In this document: in pieces, positions 10,401 to 19,136 of the stretch
Layout: every line of letters begins with the position of its first letter
How positions within the stretch are numbered: the first letter of the stretch is position 1
Virus record (IMG/VR): IMGVR_UViG_3300029821_000006
Coordinates: 1 to 52,738 of that record
Source: a virus
Reading direction: 5' to 3' (one strand)
Length of the DNA stretch: 52,738 nucleotides
Made by a program: the position numbers and the translations under genes
Notes under the pieces: model-generated
What the model was told of the DNA's origin: nothing
Seen by the model: the letters and a program-made list of their open reading frames with translations, nothing else
Databases searched by the model: none

Positions 10401-10632
10401 GAATAATAGCGCTGCAAAAGCAAATCTGAAAGCTTCGATTGAATCAACCTCTGTTACTGTTGGCAATGCTCAAGATAACAATTCCGGGGAGATCCTGGAT
10501 GCACTTAATCGCTTGATTACTGTTGCTGGCACTGGCGGTAATGTATTGATTGATGGAGACAAACTTGTGGGCATAATTGATAAAAAATTCGGCGCAATAG
10601 CCGGGATTAAGGGAAGGGGTGGAGTCATATGA
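7423..10632 (+). CDS. Tape measure protein with C-terminal M23 (LytM-type) peptidase domain
   Basis: 1069 aa; TTG start after AAAGGTGGTGAG; long hydrophobic/helical repeats. M23 motifs HAGIDIG...DHGNGLETLYGHL...GPHLHFGV. Confidence 0.9.
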   Translation: MADGKIIIETGIDTSGIDKGTKSLKSQAASLAAEYRKAGMDQSEAMKKAWSEIDRASSSGSKKLKDDLDDVGKHSDNLSGKLSSMGSIAAKGLTIAASAVAAAGAAMAAAGGYAIKMASDLSEVQNVVDTTFGANTETINKWSKDAGTAFGLSELEAKKYTSTLGAMTKSMGLTDTQTLEMSQGLAGLTGDMSSFYNLDHDEAFDKIRSGISGETEPLKQLGINMSVANLEAYALSQGITTAYDAMSEAEKTTLRYNYLMQVTADAQGDFAKTSGSLANQVRIAQLQVTNLASSVGSALLPMATEAMTKLAGMGQQLNDAFNSGGIDGLVSEIGTVLADLVQMVAEYLPGMVDMGVKVIQSLIDGLITNMPAIMTAAVTVITSLLTGILGMLPSILELGIQMIAQLAIGLAQALPTLIPVAIETILNLITTLLDNIDLIINAGIALIGGLVEGLIAAIPIIIDKLPEIIEKVINAIVKNAPKLIVAGIELIIQMAIGLVKAIPQLIAALPEIIMALVTGLIEAGPALAEAGFTIMLMIQDAFASGWQAISEWFAQLPETIGTFLYNALVSIAKWGLQVQTDMQNAAMNAVNAVGKWFSELPGNIAFALGVAIRNIIDWCIETPQKMQQAADDAITAIGEWFSQLPGNIWNWLTETVANMIQFAVDMGENATTAGNNVFENIVSIIQGLPGALYTLATNMISEIARGIQETASNVYDAVTGLVNDILTKFKEGLGIASPAKELIEIGKYMIQGLINGLNGDSLMAFVNSMIQDLKDKFSSGSFNLKAAIDFIGTGAAEFFKSIGIGGSDFGGLTVPVDGAITSGFGYRDDVGDVGTKDHAGIDIGVPEGTPVGAAGAGTVTQAGWNDGYGNSVTIDHGNGLETLYGHLSEVLVSVGQMVTQLQTIGLSGNTGNSTGPHLHFGVYQDGAAIDPSSLFGLATGTNRVPRTAPYLLHKDEAVIPKKYNPYINGGPAFFAGIAEKMQAAVAEESYKWMNNSAAKANLKASIESTSVTVGNAQDNNSGEILDALNRLITVAGTGGNVLIDGDKLVGIIDKKFGAIAGIKGRGGVI

Positions 10633-11324
10633 GTCGAGCTGACGTGCTTGTCAATACAACGTCTTTGGTAGAATTGTTTAAAATACGTATGTTATCGGTC
10701 AATATTTCGCCACCTAAACCAAAATTGATTCAAATACCGGTTACCGGGACAAGCGATGTTGTCGATATGTCGGAAGCGATCAGCGGCGATATTGAGTATG
10801 ACCAAAGAGAATTAACAGTTGTTTTTGAATATGTTGGAGCGAAAGAAAGCTTTCATGCGATGCATTCAAAAATATTAAATTTTTTACACGGCCGAAAGAT
10901 GCAAATTGTATTTTCGCAGGATTCTGGATTTTATTTCCTTGGCAGGATTTTGGTGGACGATTACAAGTGGGAAGTTTACGGCGGAACGCTGACGCTATCC
11001 GCCACTGTCGACCCGTATAAATACGAAACACAATCATCCATGGAGCCGTGGCTCTGGGATTCGTTCTCATTCGAGGACGGGATTATCAGGGATTATTACG
11101 ATATATCAGTTCCTGGAACCCTAACCATAACAGGACGTCGAAAAAGAGTTTGTCCGAAATTTATTTGCAGTGTAGCAATGACGGTTTCATATCTAGGTAA
11201 TACCTACAATCTGGCAATGGGTGAAAACATTGTACCTGATATTTTTCTGGGCGAAGGTGAACACTTGCTGGCGTTCGGGGGATCCGGTACCGTTGATGTC
11301 GATTATCGGGGGGGGAGCCTATGA
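10629..11324 (+). CDS. Distal tail protein (Dit)
   Basis: 231 aa directly after the tape-measure gene, with overlapping stop/start on both sides. Confidence 0.7.
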   Translation: MSRADVLVNTTSLVELFKIRMLSVNISPPKPKLIQIPVTGTSDVVDMSEAISGDIEYDQRELTVVFEYVGAKESFHAMHSKILNFLHGRKMQIVFSQDSGFYFLGRILVDDYKWEVYGGTLTLSATVDPYKYETQSSMEPWLWDSFSFEDGIIRDYYDISVPGTLTITGRRKRVCPKFICSVAMTVSYLGNTYNLAMGENIVPDIFLGEGEHLLAFGGSGTVDVDYRGGSL

Positions 11325-14300
11325 AAGCCAGCTATAAAACGCACATTGAAAACGAGGGTTGGAACATTGCGGTCGAGGACGGTAAAACGTCTGGGACCAC
11401 TGGCAAAGGATTAAGGCTTGAAGCCCTCATCATCGAATTGTTAGACAAAGGCGGTTTAGATATCGCCATCGAAGCGCAGGCCCACGTACAAAATGTTGGT
11501 TGGCAACCGCTTAAAACCGATGGCGAGATAATCGGGACAGTAGGCGAAAGTCTAAGGCTTGAAGCGGTACGGATTCGGTTAGTCGGAGCCGATGCTAAAA
11601 AATACAAAATTAAATACAGAGTTCACGTCGAGAATATCGGATGGCAAAACTGGAAAGTAGATGGCGAAACTGCCGGAACTGAAAGAGTCGCATTAAGAGC
11701 AGAAGCAATTGAAATCATGCTGGAACGCATCACAGAGGACGTTGTTGTAGTAGTACCTAATACACCCGCAGACGATCCGACACAAATAATTGTACCCCTG
11801 ACAGATCCTAACTCAGCGATACCACCCGAAAAAATCCTGTGTGCAAGTTACGCTACTCACGTTGAAAATTACGGATGGGGTGCAGATGTCACCGATGGCC
11901 GGTTGTCTGGTCGAATTGGTCAGGCGTTGCGATTAGAAGCAATCAGGATTGCATTAATTAATGTTGGAGCGTTAGATTTAGGTGTGGCCTACTCAACCCA
12001 CGTAGAGAATATCGGATGGCAACCCGAAGTTGCAAACGGTCAAACCGCAGGAACAACGGATCAGAGTTTGAGGTTAGAAGCCGTTAAAATGCACCTGACC
12101 GGAACCGATGCGGACAAGTATTCGATCTGGTACCGAGTCCATGTGCAAAACGAAGGATTCCAAGAGTGGTGTCGCGATGGCGATGTTGCCGGAACCGAGG
12201 GGCAATCATTACGAGCCGAAGCGATCCAGATCATTATAACTCTAAAATCCGAAAACATTATCCGGAACCCCGGCGATGCGCCTTTGATAGCGGTCAATTA
12301 CCGTTCACACATTCAAAATCTGGCATGGGCGCAATGGGTAAAGAATGGCGCTAAGTCCGGAACAACTGGTTTAGGACTTCGGATGGAAGCATTAGAAATA
12401 AATCTTTCATCGCTGGATGGCCTAGACATTGGCGTTTCATACCGGGTTCACGTTCAAAATATCGGTTGGCAACCGTGGTTTGCAGATGGTGCAACCTCCG
12501 GGACGGTCGGGCAAAGCCTGAGAATTGAAGCGGTCGAAATTGTTTTGACTGGAACTGATGCGGATAAATACACGGTGCAATATCGTGGACACCTTGAAAA
12601 TTCTGGCTGGACAAGCTGGTGTAAGAACGGCGCAACATTAGGCACAACAGGCGAAGAAATAAGGCTAGAAGCTGTGTCGATTGTACTGATAAAAAACGTA
12701 GACCTGAACGCAGTTGTCACAAACGAAATCAAAAACAAGGCACCAATCGTCCAGATCTGGGCATCTGATTTTCCCCGGGCTGATGTGTTATTGCACGACA
12801 TTCGAACGGACTACCGGCTGTTAAGTGCAAAAACGTCCGAAGGGATTAACAAATCCAGCGGGATGACATTCACGATTGACCCCACGCACCCGCACTATAG
12901 CAAATTGCGAAAAATGCACACGACTATATTGGTGTATGAGATTTATTCAAATACCCGAAAAGACATAATATTTGAGGGGCGGATTCTTAGCGATACCGAA
13001 GATATCTACAAAAAAAGAGTCGTCACCTGTGAGGGAGAATTAGGATATTTACTTGACAGCATCCAACGCCCTGCCCAGTATATCAATGTGACACCGGAAC
13101 AATGGTTGACGCAGGTATTGGATAACCACAATATGCAGGTAACATCCGATAAAAGACTTCATATGGGAATTTGTACAGTTCTGGGTGACGGTAGCGGGGT
13201 TAACATATCCACGAATTACCGAACGCACATCGAAAACCTATCCTGGCTATCATGGGTCAGAAACGGCGACGACAGCGGCACCACCGGTTCGGGATTGCGA
13301 ATGGAGGCGCTGGAACTAACGCTGGAAAATATCGGTAGCATGGATATTGGTGTGACCTACCGGGCACATCTGGCAGATACCGGGTGGCAGGAGTGGGTAG
13401 TTGATGGAGCCACGGCGGGAACGGTTGGATTAGCCGTTGAAATGCAAGCGGTTGAAATCAAACTGACCGGCGCTGATGCTGGATTATTTTCAATCCAATA
13501 CCGGGTTCATGTCGAAAATGAAGGCTGGCAGGATTGGAAACAGGATGGCGAAACCGCCGGGACAACGGGCCAATCACTGAGGGCTGAGTCAATCAGCATT
13601 ATTATTGTCTCGAAGGTCGATGGCACCAACGGAAAATTAAAAGACGGACTATTCCGGGAAAATGAATATGTCAATACGCTGGAATTAATCAAAACAACCA
13701 TGCTGGACACTCTGGGCGGAGTTATAGTGATTGAACGGATCGGCGGGATTAAGTTTCTGAATTACCTGGAAAACTACGGTTCGACAAACTCACAGCCTAT
13801 TAAGTTTGGCGTGAATTTGCTGGATTATTCCAAGATTACAGATGCAAGCGGGATCTATACTGCCCTGGTGCCGTATGGCAAGGAAATCGACGGGAAGAAA
13901 TTAACCATTGCAACAGCAAACAACGACTGTGATTATATTTACGATGAGTTAGCAGTTGCAGAATATGGTTGGATCTTTAAAGAATTTGAGTGGCCGGATA
14001 TCGACAGTCCTTCGGCGTTGATGTATGCGGCGAAATTAAAACTGGCCGGTGGGATTAAGCAGGGAATGTCCCTGGAACTGACCGCCATTGACCTAAGCGA
14101 AGTAAATATTGACATCCAAAAGTTTCAGGTTGGCGATATGGCAAGGAGTGTATCGAAACCGCATGACCTGGACACATTCCTATCAGTGAGTAAAAAAGAA
14201 CGAGATTTACTGAATCGCGGAAATGATCGGATTGTTTTAGGCGGCGTAACCCAATCCCTGACAGATCGGATCTCCGGGCCGCTGGGTGGTGGAATCATGG

Positions 14301-15469
14301 GGTTCGCCTTGACGACGGCCAACAGTGTTAAGAACATGGAGTATGTGGCGAATGAATTATCATTCCTAATCAAAATCACCGCTGAGACAGTAGAAGAACA
14401 AGGAACGACGATCAATGAGACAAAGCTGGAAATGGACGCATTTCATATTAGCTTGTCGGCATTGGAATCAAGGACAACGGCAACGGAGTCGTCTGTTAAT
14501 GAAACGGTGTTAGAAATGACAGCATTCGGGGCTAGTTTAACAGCGACACAAACAACAGTATCAAGTTTGGGAACACAAATAAATCAGGCTGGTTTAGACA
14601 TAAGTGCCTTGAGCGCCGGTCTGTCGGCAACACAGACAAGTTTGGACGGAAAAGTAAGTAAAGCGTCAATCATAGCGAGTATTAATGAAAGTGGGGAAAG
14701 CGGAGTTAAAATCAGCGCTGACAAAGTAAATATTACCGGCGTTGTAACATTTGCAAATCTGGCAACAGCTGGACAAACTGTTATAAATGGCGGGAATATA
14801 TCTGGTGGGACGTTAAATTTTGACAACATTACCGCTACGGGGTCTATTGTTTTAGATTCGTCATCCACATATGCTGGTATGGCATTTAGGCATACTCCTA
14901 GCGGCAAGTTTGGAGGCGTATACGCCAATTATTCGTATGGAGCAGTTTTATATGCTGGTTCTGGAGGCATCCAATTATCAACGACGGGAAGTGATGTAAC
15001 GGTTACTTATAGTTTAAAAGCAAATAATCTTATATATACAGCCACTAGTGGTACAGAGAAGGTATCAGATATTAAGTGGATATCATCAGGAGCATATGTC
15101 CAGGTAGGAACGGTCGCTGGGGCAAAAGGTGTTACGGTTTGGGATTCAGACAGGCGGTTAAAAACAAATATCAAAACCTCAACGTTGAATGCGACTGGTA
15201 AATTATCTATGGTTTCCACACGAGAGTTTAACTGGTTATCTGATTACCGCTTAGAAAAATGTGGTTTTATAGCCCAAGAAATTGAAAAAATATTAGGCAC
15301 AGAGTTTGTCTTAAAAGTAAAACAGGAAGACGGTTCATACAACTATCAGATTAAAGAATATCCATTTATACCATTATTAGTAAAAGCAGTACAAGAACTA
15401 AACGTAAAAGTCATGCGCCTTGAAAATGAGGTCGCGGTATTAAAACATAAAGGAGAACTACCATGTTAG
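11321..15469 (+). CDS. Tail-associated lysin-like / tail fibre protein (Tal) with 12 ChW repeats, coiled coil and C-terminal S74 intramolecular chaperone domain
   Basis: The ChW consensus Y+xHVxNxGWQxW...G..AGTxGxxLRLEAxxIxL recurs 12 times. The prophage-tail-endopeptidase-like core starts at about aa 480. C-terminal DSDRRLKTNI...GFIAQEIEKI is the S74 autoproteolytic motif. Confidence 0.85.
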   Translation: MKASYKTHIENEGWNIAVEDGKTSGTTGKGLRLEALIIELLDKGGLDIAIEAQAHVQNVGWQPLKTDGEIIGTVGESLRLEAVRIRLVGADAKKYKIKYRVHVENIGWQNWKVDGETAGTERVALRAEAIEIMLERITEDVVVVVPNTPADDPTQIIVPLTDPNSAIPPEKILCASYATHVENYGWGADVTDGRLSGRIGQALRLEAIRIALINVGALDLGVAYSTHVENIGWQPEVANGQTAGTTDQSLRLEAVKMHLTGTDADKYSIWYRVHVQNEGFQEWCRDGDVAGTEGQSLRAEAIQIIITLKSENIIRNPGDAPLIAVNYRSHIQNLAWAQWVKNGAKSGTTGLGLRMEALEINLSSLDGLDIGVSYRVHVQNIGWQPWFADGATSGTVGQSLRIEAVEIVLTGTDADKYTVQYRGHLENSGWTSWCKNGATLGTTGEEIRLEAVSIVLIKNVDLNAVVTNEIKNKAPIVQIWASDFPRADVLLHDIRTDYRLLSAKTSEGINKSSGMTFTIDPTHPHYSKLRKMHTTILVYEIYSNTRKDIIFEGRILSDTEDIYKKRVVTCEGELGYLLDSIQRPAQYINVTPEQWLTQVLDNHNMQVTSDKRLHMGICTVLGDGSGVNISTNYRTHIENLSWLSWVRNGDDSGTTGSGLRMEALELTLENIGSMDIGVTYRAHLADTGWQEWVVDGATAGTVGLAVEMQAVEIKLTGADAGLFSIQYRVHVENEGWQDWKQDGETAGTTGQSLRAESISIIIVSKVDGTNGKLKDGLFRENEYVNTLELIKTTMLDTLGGVIVIERIGGIKFLNYLENYGSTNSQPIKFGVNLLDYSKITDASGIYTALVPYGKEIDGKKLTIATANNDCDYIYDELAVAEYGWIFKEFEWPDIDSPSALMYAAKLKLAGGIKQGMSLELTAIDLSEVNIDIQKFQVGDMARSVSKPHDLDTFLSVSKKERDLLNRGNDRIVLGGVTQSLTDRISGPLGGGIMGFALTTANSVKNMEYVANELSFLIKITAETVEEQGTTINETKLEMDAFHISLSALESRTTATESSVNETVLEMTAFGASLTATQTTVSSLGTQINQAGLDISALSAGLSATQTSLDGKVSKASIIASINESGESGVKISADKVNITGVVTFANLATAGQTVINGGNISGGTLNFDNITATGSIVLDSSSTYAGMAFRHTPSGKFGGVYANYSYGAVLYAGSGGIQLSTTGSDVTVTYSLKANNLIYTATSGTEKVSDIKWISSGAYVQVGTVAGAKGVTVWDSDRRLKTNIKTSTLNATGKLSMVSTREFNWLSDYRLEKCGFIAQEIEKILGTEFVLKVKQEDGSYNYQIKEYPFIPLLVKAVQELNVKVMRLENEVAVLKHKGELPC
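11330..12690 (+). repeat. Nine tandem ChW (clostridial hydrophobic W) coding repeats, arranged as three triplets
   Basis: Read in the translation: triplets separated by a short Pro-rich or other linker. Confidence 0.8.
13211..13610 (+). repeat. Fourth ChW triplet inserted inside the Tal core domain
   Basis: NYRTHIENLSWLSW..., YRAHLADTGWQEW..., YRVHVENEGWQDW... Confidence 0.8.
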
Positions 15470-15708
15470 AAATAATAAAAACAACGACGTTCACAGGAAC
15501 TGCAAAAATTGGGGAAGTAGCAGCAAAGGTGTTTAGCGCCACGATAAATACCGCCAATCCAGAGGATATGTCGTTCAATCATTATGTTGTGAAATATGAT
15601 CTATATAAGGCAAACCGGGCAGCTATCGGGGCTGAACAGTCAGCATTTGAAGACGCGGCCTATACATTCCAAGATCAGCTGATTGCTGAAAAGGCGGTAC
15701 AGGCATGA
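15463..15708 (+). CDS. Hypothetical tail-module protein (81 aa)
   Basis: ORF coupled to the end of Tal (7-nt overlap). Confidence 0.6.
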   Translation: MLEIIKTTTFTGTAKIGEVAAKVFSATINTANPEDMSFNHYVVKYDLYKANRAAIGAEQSAFEDAAYTFQDQLIAEKAVQA

Positions 15709-16031
15709 TTATTACAAATGGTCAAATGGTCAACCATCTAAATAATATTCAGATGTTATCAAAGGTGGAATTACCGGTTCGAGTGGTACATGCGATTAAG
15801 AAAAACTATCGTAAGTTGGCGACTGAATACGCTGACTATGATGAGTCATTAAAAGAATTAAAGGCAAAATATCCAGTCCTTAAAGAAGACAATCCAGATC
15901 TTTTAGAATTGTTAAAACTTGAGATGGAGGTTGATGTGTACACGATCCCAGAATCAATATTTACATCATCAGACTTCAATCTCACAATAGAACAGTTCGA
16001 AATGTTGGAGTTCATGATCGAAACCGAATAG
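15705..16031 (+). CDS. Hypothetical tail-module protein (108 aa)
   Basis: ATGA overlap with the upstream ORF. Confidence 0.6.
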   Translation: MIITNGQMVNHLNNIQMLSKVELPVRVVHAIKKNYRKLATEYADYDESLKELKAKYPVLKEDNPDLLELLKLEMEVDVYTIPESIFTSSDFNLTIEQFEMLEFMIETE

Positions 16032-16043
16032 GAGGTATTTAAA

Positions 16044-18338
16044 ATGACAGCATTAGAGCAATATATTGCAGATGTCAAAGCCGCCACTAAAGGCGAGCCG
16101 ATGAAGGTCGCGCTCATGGGCGTGGCATCTGAGGTTCAAAAGCAAAGCATTGCGGTCGGGGAACAGATCGCAACAGTTGGTCCGGCTGTAACAGCAGCTA
16201 CTCAAAAAGCAGCAGATGCAGCGGCATCAGCTGACGATGCCGCTGATTCTGAGGTTGTAGCGACCACACAAGCAGGGATTGCGACAACAAAAGCAACTGA
16301 GGCTGCAGATGCAAAACTGGCGGCTGAAAATGCAAGAGCGGCAGCGGATGCAGCAAAGATTGCGGCGGAATTATCAGAAGCATATGCTGAAGACTCTGAA
16401 ATTAACAGCAAAGCATCAGAAGAAGCGGCCGATGCGTCGAAGGTCTCCGCGTCCGGATCGGCAAGCGTGGCCACAACCAAGGCCGGGGAATCATCATCCA
16501 GCGCGGCGGCGGCCCTGGCATCGGAAGAAGCGGCGGCACTGGCTGAAACACAAACACTAGCCTATAAAGACGCGACCGTTGCAGCGGTTGGCGCCACAAC
16601 CGATATGGCCGAGATCATCGAATCCAGAAAAGGAAAGGTAACTTTAGGCGAAAAGATAGGGGAAATTGATTCGCAATTGGCAGATATTGGATATTTAGGA
16701 GTTGCGAGTAAATATGGGGTGGATAGTACAATAGGAACGTCAGATGCAACAACATTACTAAATACATATTTCGCATCATTAAAAGCAAAAGGGCTAAAAT
16801 ATGCGTATTTTGATAAACCACACACCTATAAAGTAAATGGGGTTTTAAGCGGTGTGAGAGACTTAATTTTGATAGGAAATGCAAAAATCGAAAGTAGCAA
16901 TCTTGCTAATTATTTTATTAATATTTGCCAAACATTGACTGAATACAACGGAAAATACAATAAATCACCGTTGCGCAAAAATCAATTTTCTCAATTTAAT
17001 ACGGCATTAGGATCAAGTAGAAATATAAATATAACGATTTGGGGAGATAGTGTATCGACAGGCGGTTCTGATTGCTTAAATGTTGGTTATAATACAATCG
17101 ATGCAGGCGCATTAGAACAGGGCTCGAATTCAATAACCACAGGCGATTCGTATTATCAACGATTGATGGATATGATCACATCGCAGTTCAAGGATAATAT
17201 ATTTAATTTTTACAACCGATCATCCGGCGGCACTGTAATTCAAGATTACGGGTCAGATAAAACATTTGATTCGGTAACGAAATCATGGGTAGCGCACGTT
17301 AAAGACACAGCACCCGATTTATTAATAATCGGGTGGGGAATGAATCAAACAACAATTGCGAGTGCCAAGGCGTTTAAATATTATCTCAACGCTGTATTAA
17401 CGTATATTAATGCAAATTTTAGTCCAGTTCCGAGTATTGCATTGTTAACGTCCCCGCGGCCAAGTTATTCACTTGAGGATACGTGGGGGGCATTAGAAAT
17501 TCAGCAGGCGGTTGATATGTCGGCACATACAATCCGGACATTCGGGGAAGAAAAAGGATGTTATATCATTGATGTAAATAAAATTTCAAATCAAAAAAGA
17601 ACAGGGTTTATGTTTGAAAATCCCCGTATGAAAGCAATATCTGAAGATTACGCAACAACCGATGCGTTTATAACGGGAAACCATACTAAAGTTGGCTATA
17701 CCTATACAATTCAAACAGCTAATACAGAAATAATAATACCGATCAATTCAAAATCGTTTGTTGTGGCGTTTGATTTAAAATTCAGTGGATTCCCTGATGG
17801 TGTTGAAAATTTATCAATCAACTATAATTATTTAACTGGGTACATCCGAAATTGTCTGATGGTAAAACCGCTATCTGGTGGTGTTGCTGCGGTAGATAGT
17901 TTTGCTAATATTGGCGATGCTGCGCATTATACAACTGCAACAAAATCATATCTACCTGGGATATCGTGGAATGATGGCACATATCGCCGGATAACATTTG
18001 AAAAACGTGATGATATTATCGACGTATTTATTGACGGGGTAAGAATATTGCGTGATCGAGTACAGATAAACAATACTCCATCTGAAATTAGATTGAATAA
18101 AAATGGAGGAAGCGTTGGATTGATTACAATTCAAAACATTGTTTTATACAAAGGAGAATACAGGCTATTTTTACCAACATTAACGGAATCCGAAATGTTT
18201 GGAGATCATGTCAATTTAGACTATGCAACTAAAAAACCATATGGGGGAAATGGCGTAAATCATCCGTCGAGTATAGGATTAGAAGAAACTTACGTTCCCG
18301 CAATGAGGGAATTTGTGGAAGATTTAAGCAGGCTTTAA
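16044..18338 (+). CDS. Tail fibre / receptor-modifying protein with Ala-rich coiled-coil stalk and SGNH/GDSL-hydrolase-like domain
   Basis: 764 aa. Block I ITIWGDSVSTGG, a GG block NRSSGGTV, block III IIGWGMNQT and a C-terminal GVNHPS. The N-terminal ~190 aa is Ala/Glu/Ser-rich. Confidence 0.7.
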   Translation: MTALEQYIADVKAATKGEPMKVALMGVASEVQKQSIAVGEQIATVGPAVTAATQKAADAAASADDAADSEVVATTQAGIATTKATEAADAKLAAENARAAADAAKIAAELSEAYAEDSEINSKASEEAADASKVSASGSASVATTKAGESSSSAAAALASEEAAALAETQTLAYKDATVAAVGATTDMAEIIESRKGKVTLGEKIGEIDSQLADIGYLGVASKYGVDSTIGTSDATTLLNTYFASLKAKGLKYAYFDKPHTYKVNGVLSGVRDLILIGNAKIESSNLANYFINICQTLTEYNGKYNKSPLRKNQFSQFNTALGSSRNINITIWGDSVSTGGSDCLNVGYNTIDAGALEQGSNSITTGDSYYQRLMDMITSQFKDNIFNFYNRSSGGTVIQDYGSDKTFDSVTKSWVAHVKDTAPDLLIIGWGMNQTTIASAKAFKYYLNAVLTYINANFSPVPSIALLTSPRPSYSLEDTWGALEIQQAVDMSAHTIRTFGEEKGCYIIDVNKISNQKRTGFMFENPRMKAISEDYATTDAFITGNHTKVGYTYTIQTANTEIIIPINSKSFVVAFDLKFSGFPDGVENLSINYNYLTGYIRNCLMVKPLSGGVAAVDSFANIGDAAHYTTATKSYLPGISWNDGTYRRITFEKRDDIIDVFIDGVRILRDRVQINNTPSEIRLNKNGGSVGLITIQNIVLYKGEYRLFLPTLTESEMFGDHVNLDYATKKPYGGNGVNHPSSIGLEETYVPAMREFVEDLSRL

Positions 18339-18391
18339 TTGGGAATCGGACGATATTGCGAACTAAAAATGATTAGAAGAAATGGCCATGA

Positions 18392-18415
18392 GGCACCTTA
18401 ACTGGTGTCTTTTTT
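18392..18415 (+). terminator. Rho-independent terminator (GGCACC-ttaact-GGTGTC + T6)
   Basis: Read directly. Sequence family shared with 2175-2197. Confidence 0.65.
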
Positions 18416-18443
18416 AATGCGAAAAATCAGAAAGGGGCCGGTA

Positions 18444-18743
18444 ATGAATGGAAGCATAGATATTACAGTTGTGGCAAGTTTAATCTGCACTATAGGAGGT
18501 TTCGTGGTGGCGTGGTTAATGTTCGGAAGAACTAAAACAAAAGATGATAAGGCCGAAGGTGCTAGCATTGCGACGATCACATCCGATATGGGTTACATAA
18601 AGTCAAGTGTTGATGGGATTGATAAGAAATTAGAAAAACAGGCCGACAAGCATATAGAATTATTGGAGCGGGTCTGTGACGTGGAAGCATCGGCAAAACA
18701 AGCGCATAAGCGCATTGATAGTTTAGAAGGAGAAATAAAATGA
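18444..18743 (+). CDS. Holin-associated membrane protein (N-terminal TM + coiled coil, XhlA-like topology)
   Basis: ATG 18444 after AAAGGGG. The track start 18405 lies inside the terminator. TM segment ITVVASLICTIGGFVVAWLMF. Confidence 0.6.
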   Translation: MNGSIDITVVASLICTIGGFVVAWLMFGRTKTKDDKAEGASIATITSDMGYIKSSVDGIDKKLEKQADKHIELLERVCDVEASAKQAHKRIDSLEGEIK

Positions 18744-19120
18744 AACAAAAAGTAATTAGCTTTATTGATGGTTTAAGTTGTATGTCGGTTCGGGAGTGGG
18801 CTCAGATAATTGTTTTGGCGCTTGTTGTGATCAATGGAGCACTAACCATATTCGGGGTTAACCCGATTTCGGTGTCCGAGGATTTCCTGTATATCGCCAT
18901 TTCAGGCGCATTGGTGATTATCGTTCCATTCTATAACAAATGGAAAAACTGGAACGTCACCCCGGAAGCGGTAACTGCTCAAAATGTTTTGGATTTAATG
19001 AAAATGGGTTTTGCCTCAAAGGAACAAATTGAACAATTTATTAAGGACTTAAAAGCACAATCGGTTAAGGAAGAATGGTCGAATCCAACTTATCCAGCTG
19101 AAGATAGTAAAACCGAGTAA
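18740..19120 (+). CDS. Holin (phi-LC3 / Phage_holin_1-like)
   Basis: 126 aa, two TM segments, motif FYNKWKNWNVT, directly upstream of the endolysin. Confidence 0.75.
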   Translation: MKQKVISFIDGLSCMSVREWAQIIVLALVVINGALTIFGVNPISVSEDFLYIAISGALVIIVPFYNKWKNWNVTPEAVTAQNVLDLMKMGFASKEQIEQFIKDLKAQSVKEEWSNPTYPAEDSKTE

Positions 19121-19136
19121 GAACGGAGGTAGCAAT

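Noticed and set aside
11330-13610. Periodic ~130-150-nt repeats that could be mistaken for a CRISPR or satellite array
   Set aside because: The repeats are in-frame ChW protein modules with divergent DNA and no short identical direct repeats with unique spacers. No cas genes are present.
7423-15469. Numerous minus-strand ORFs (60-137 aa) inside the capsid, tape-measure and Tal genes
   Set aside because: They are fully nested antisense to long, well-supported structural genes. They have no RBS or promoter and low-complexity translations.
16198-16884. Cluster of alternative-frame and antisense ORFs (61-93 aa) over the 5' part of the fibre gene
   Set aside because: They lie in the GC-rich, Ala/Glu-coding low-complexity stalk of ORF 16044..18338. 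They translate to Pro/Arg/Gln/Leu-rich nonsense, lack RBSs, and are explained by the compositional bias of the real frame.
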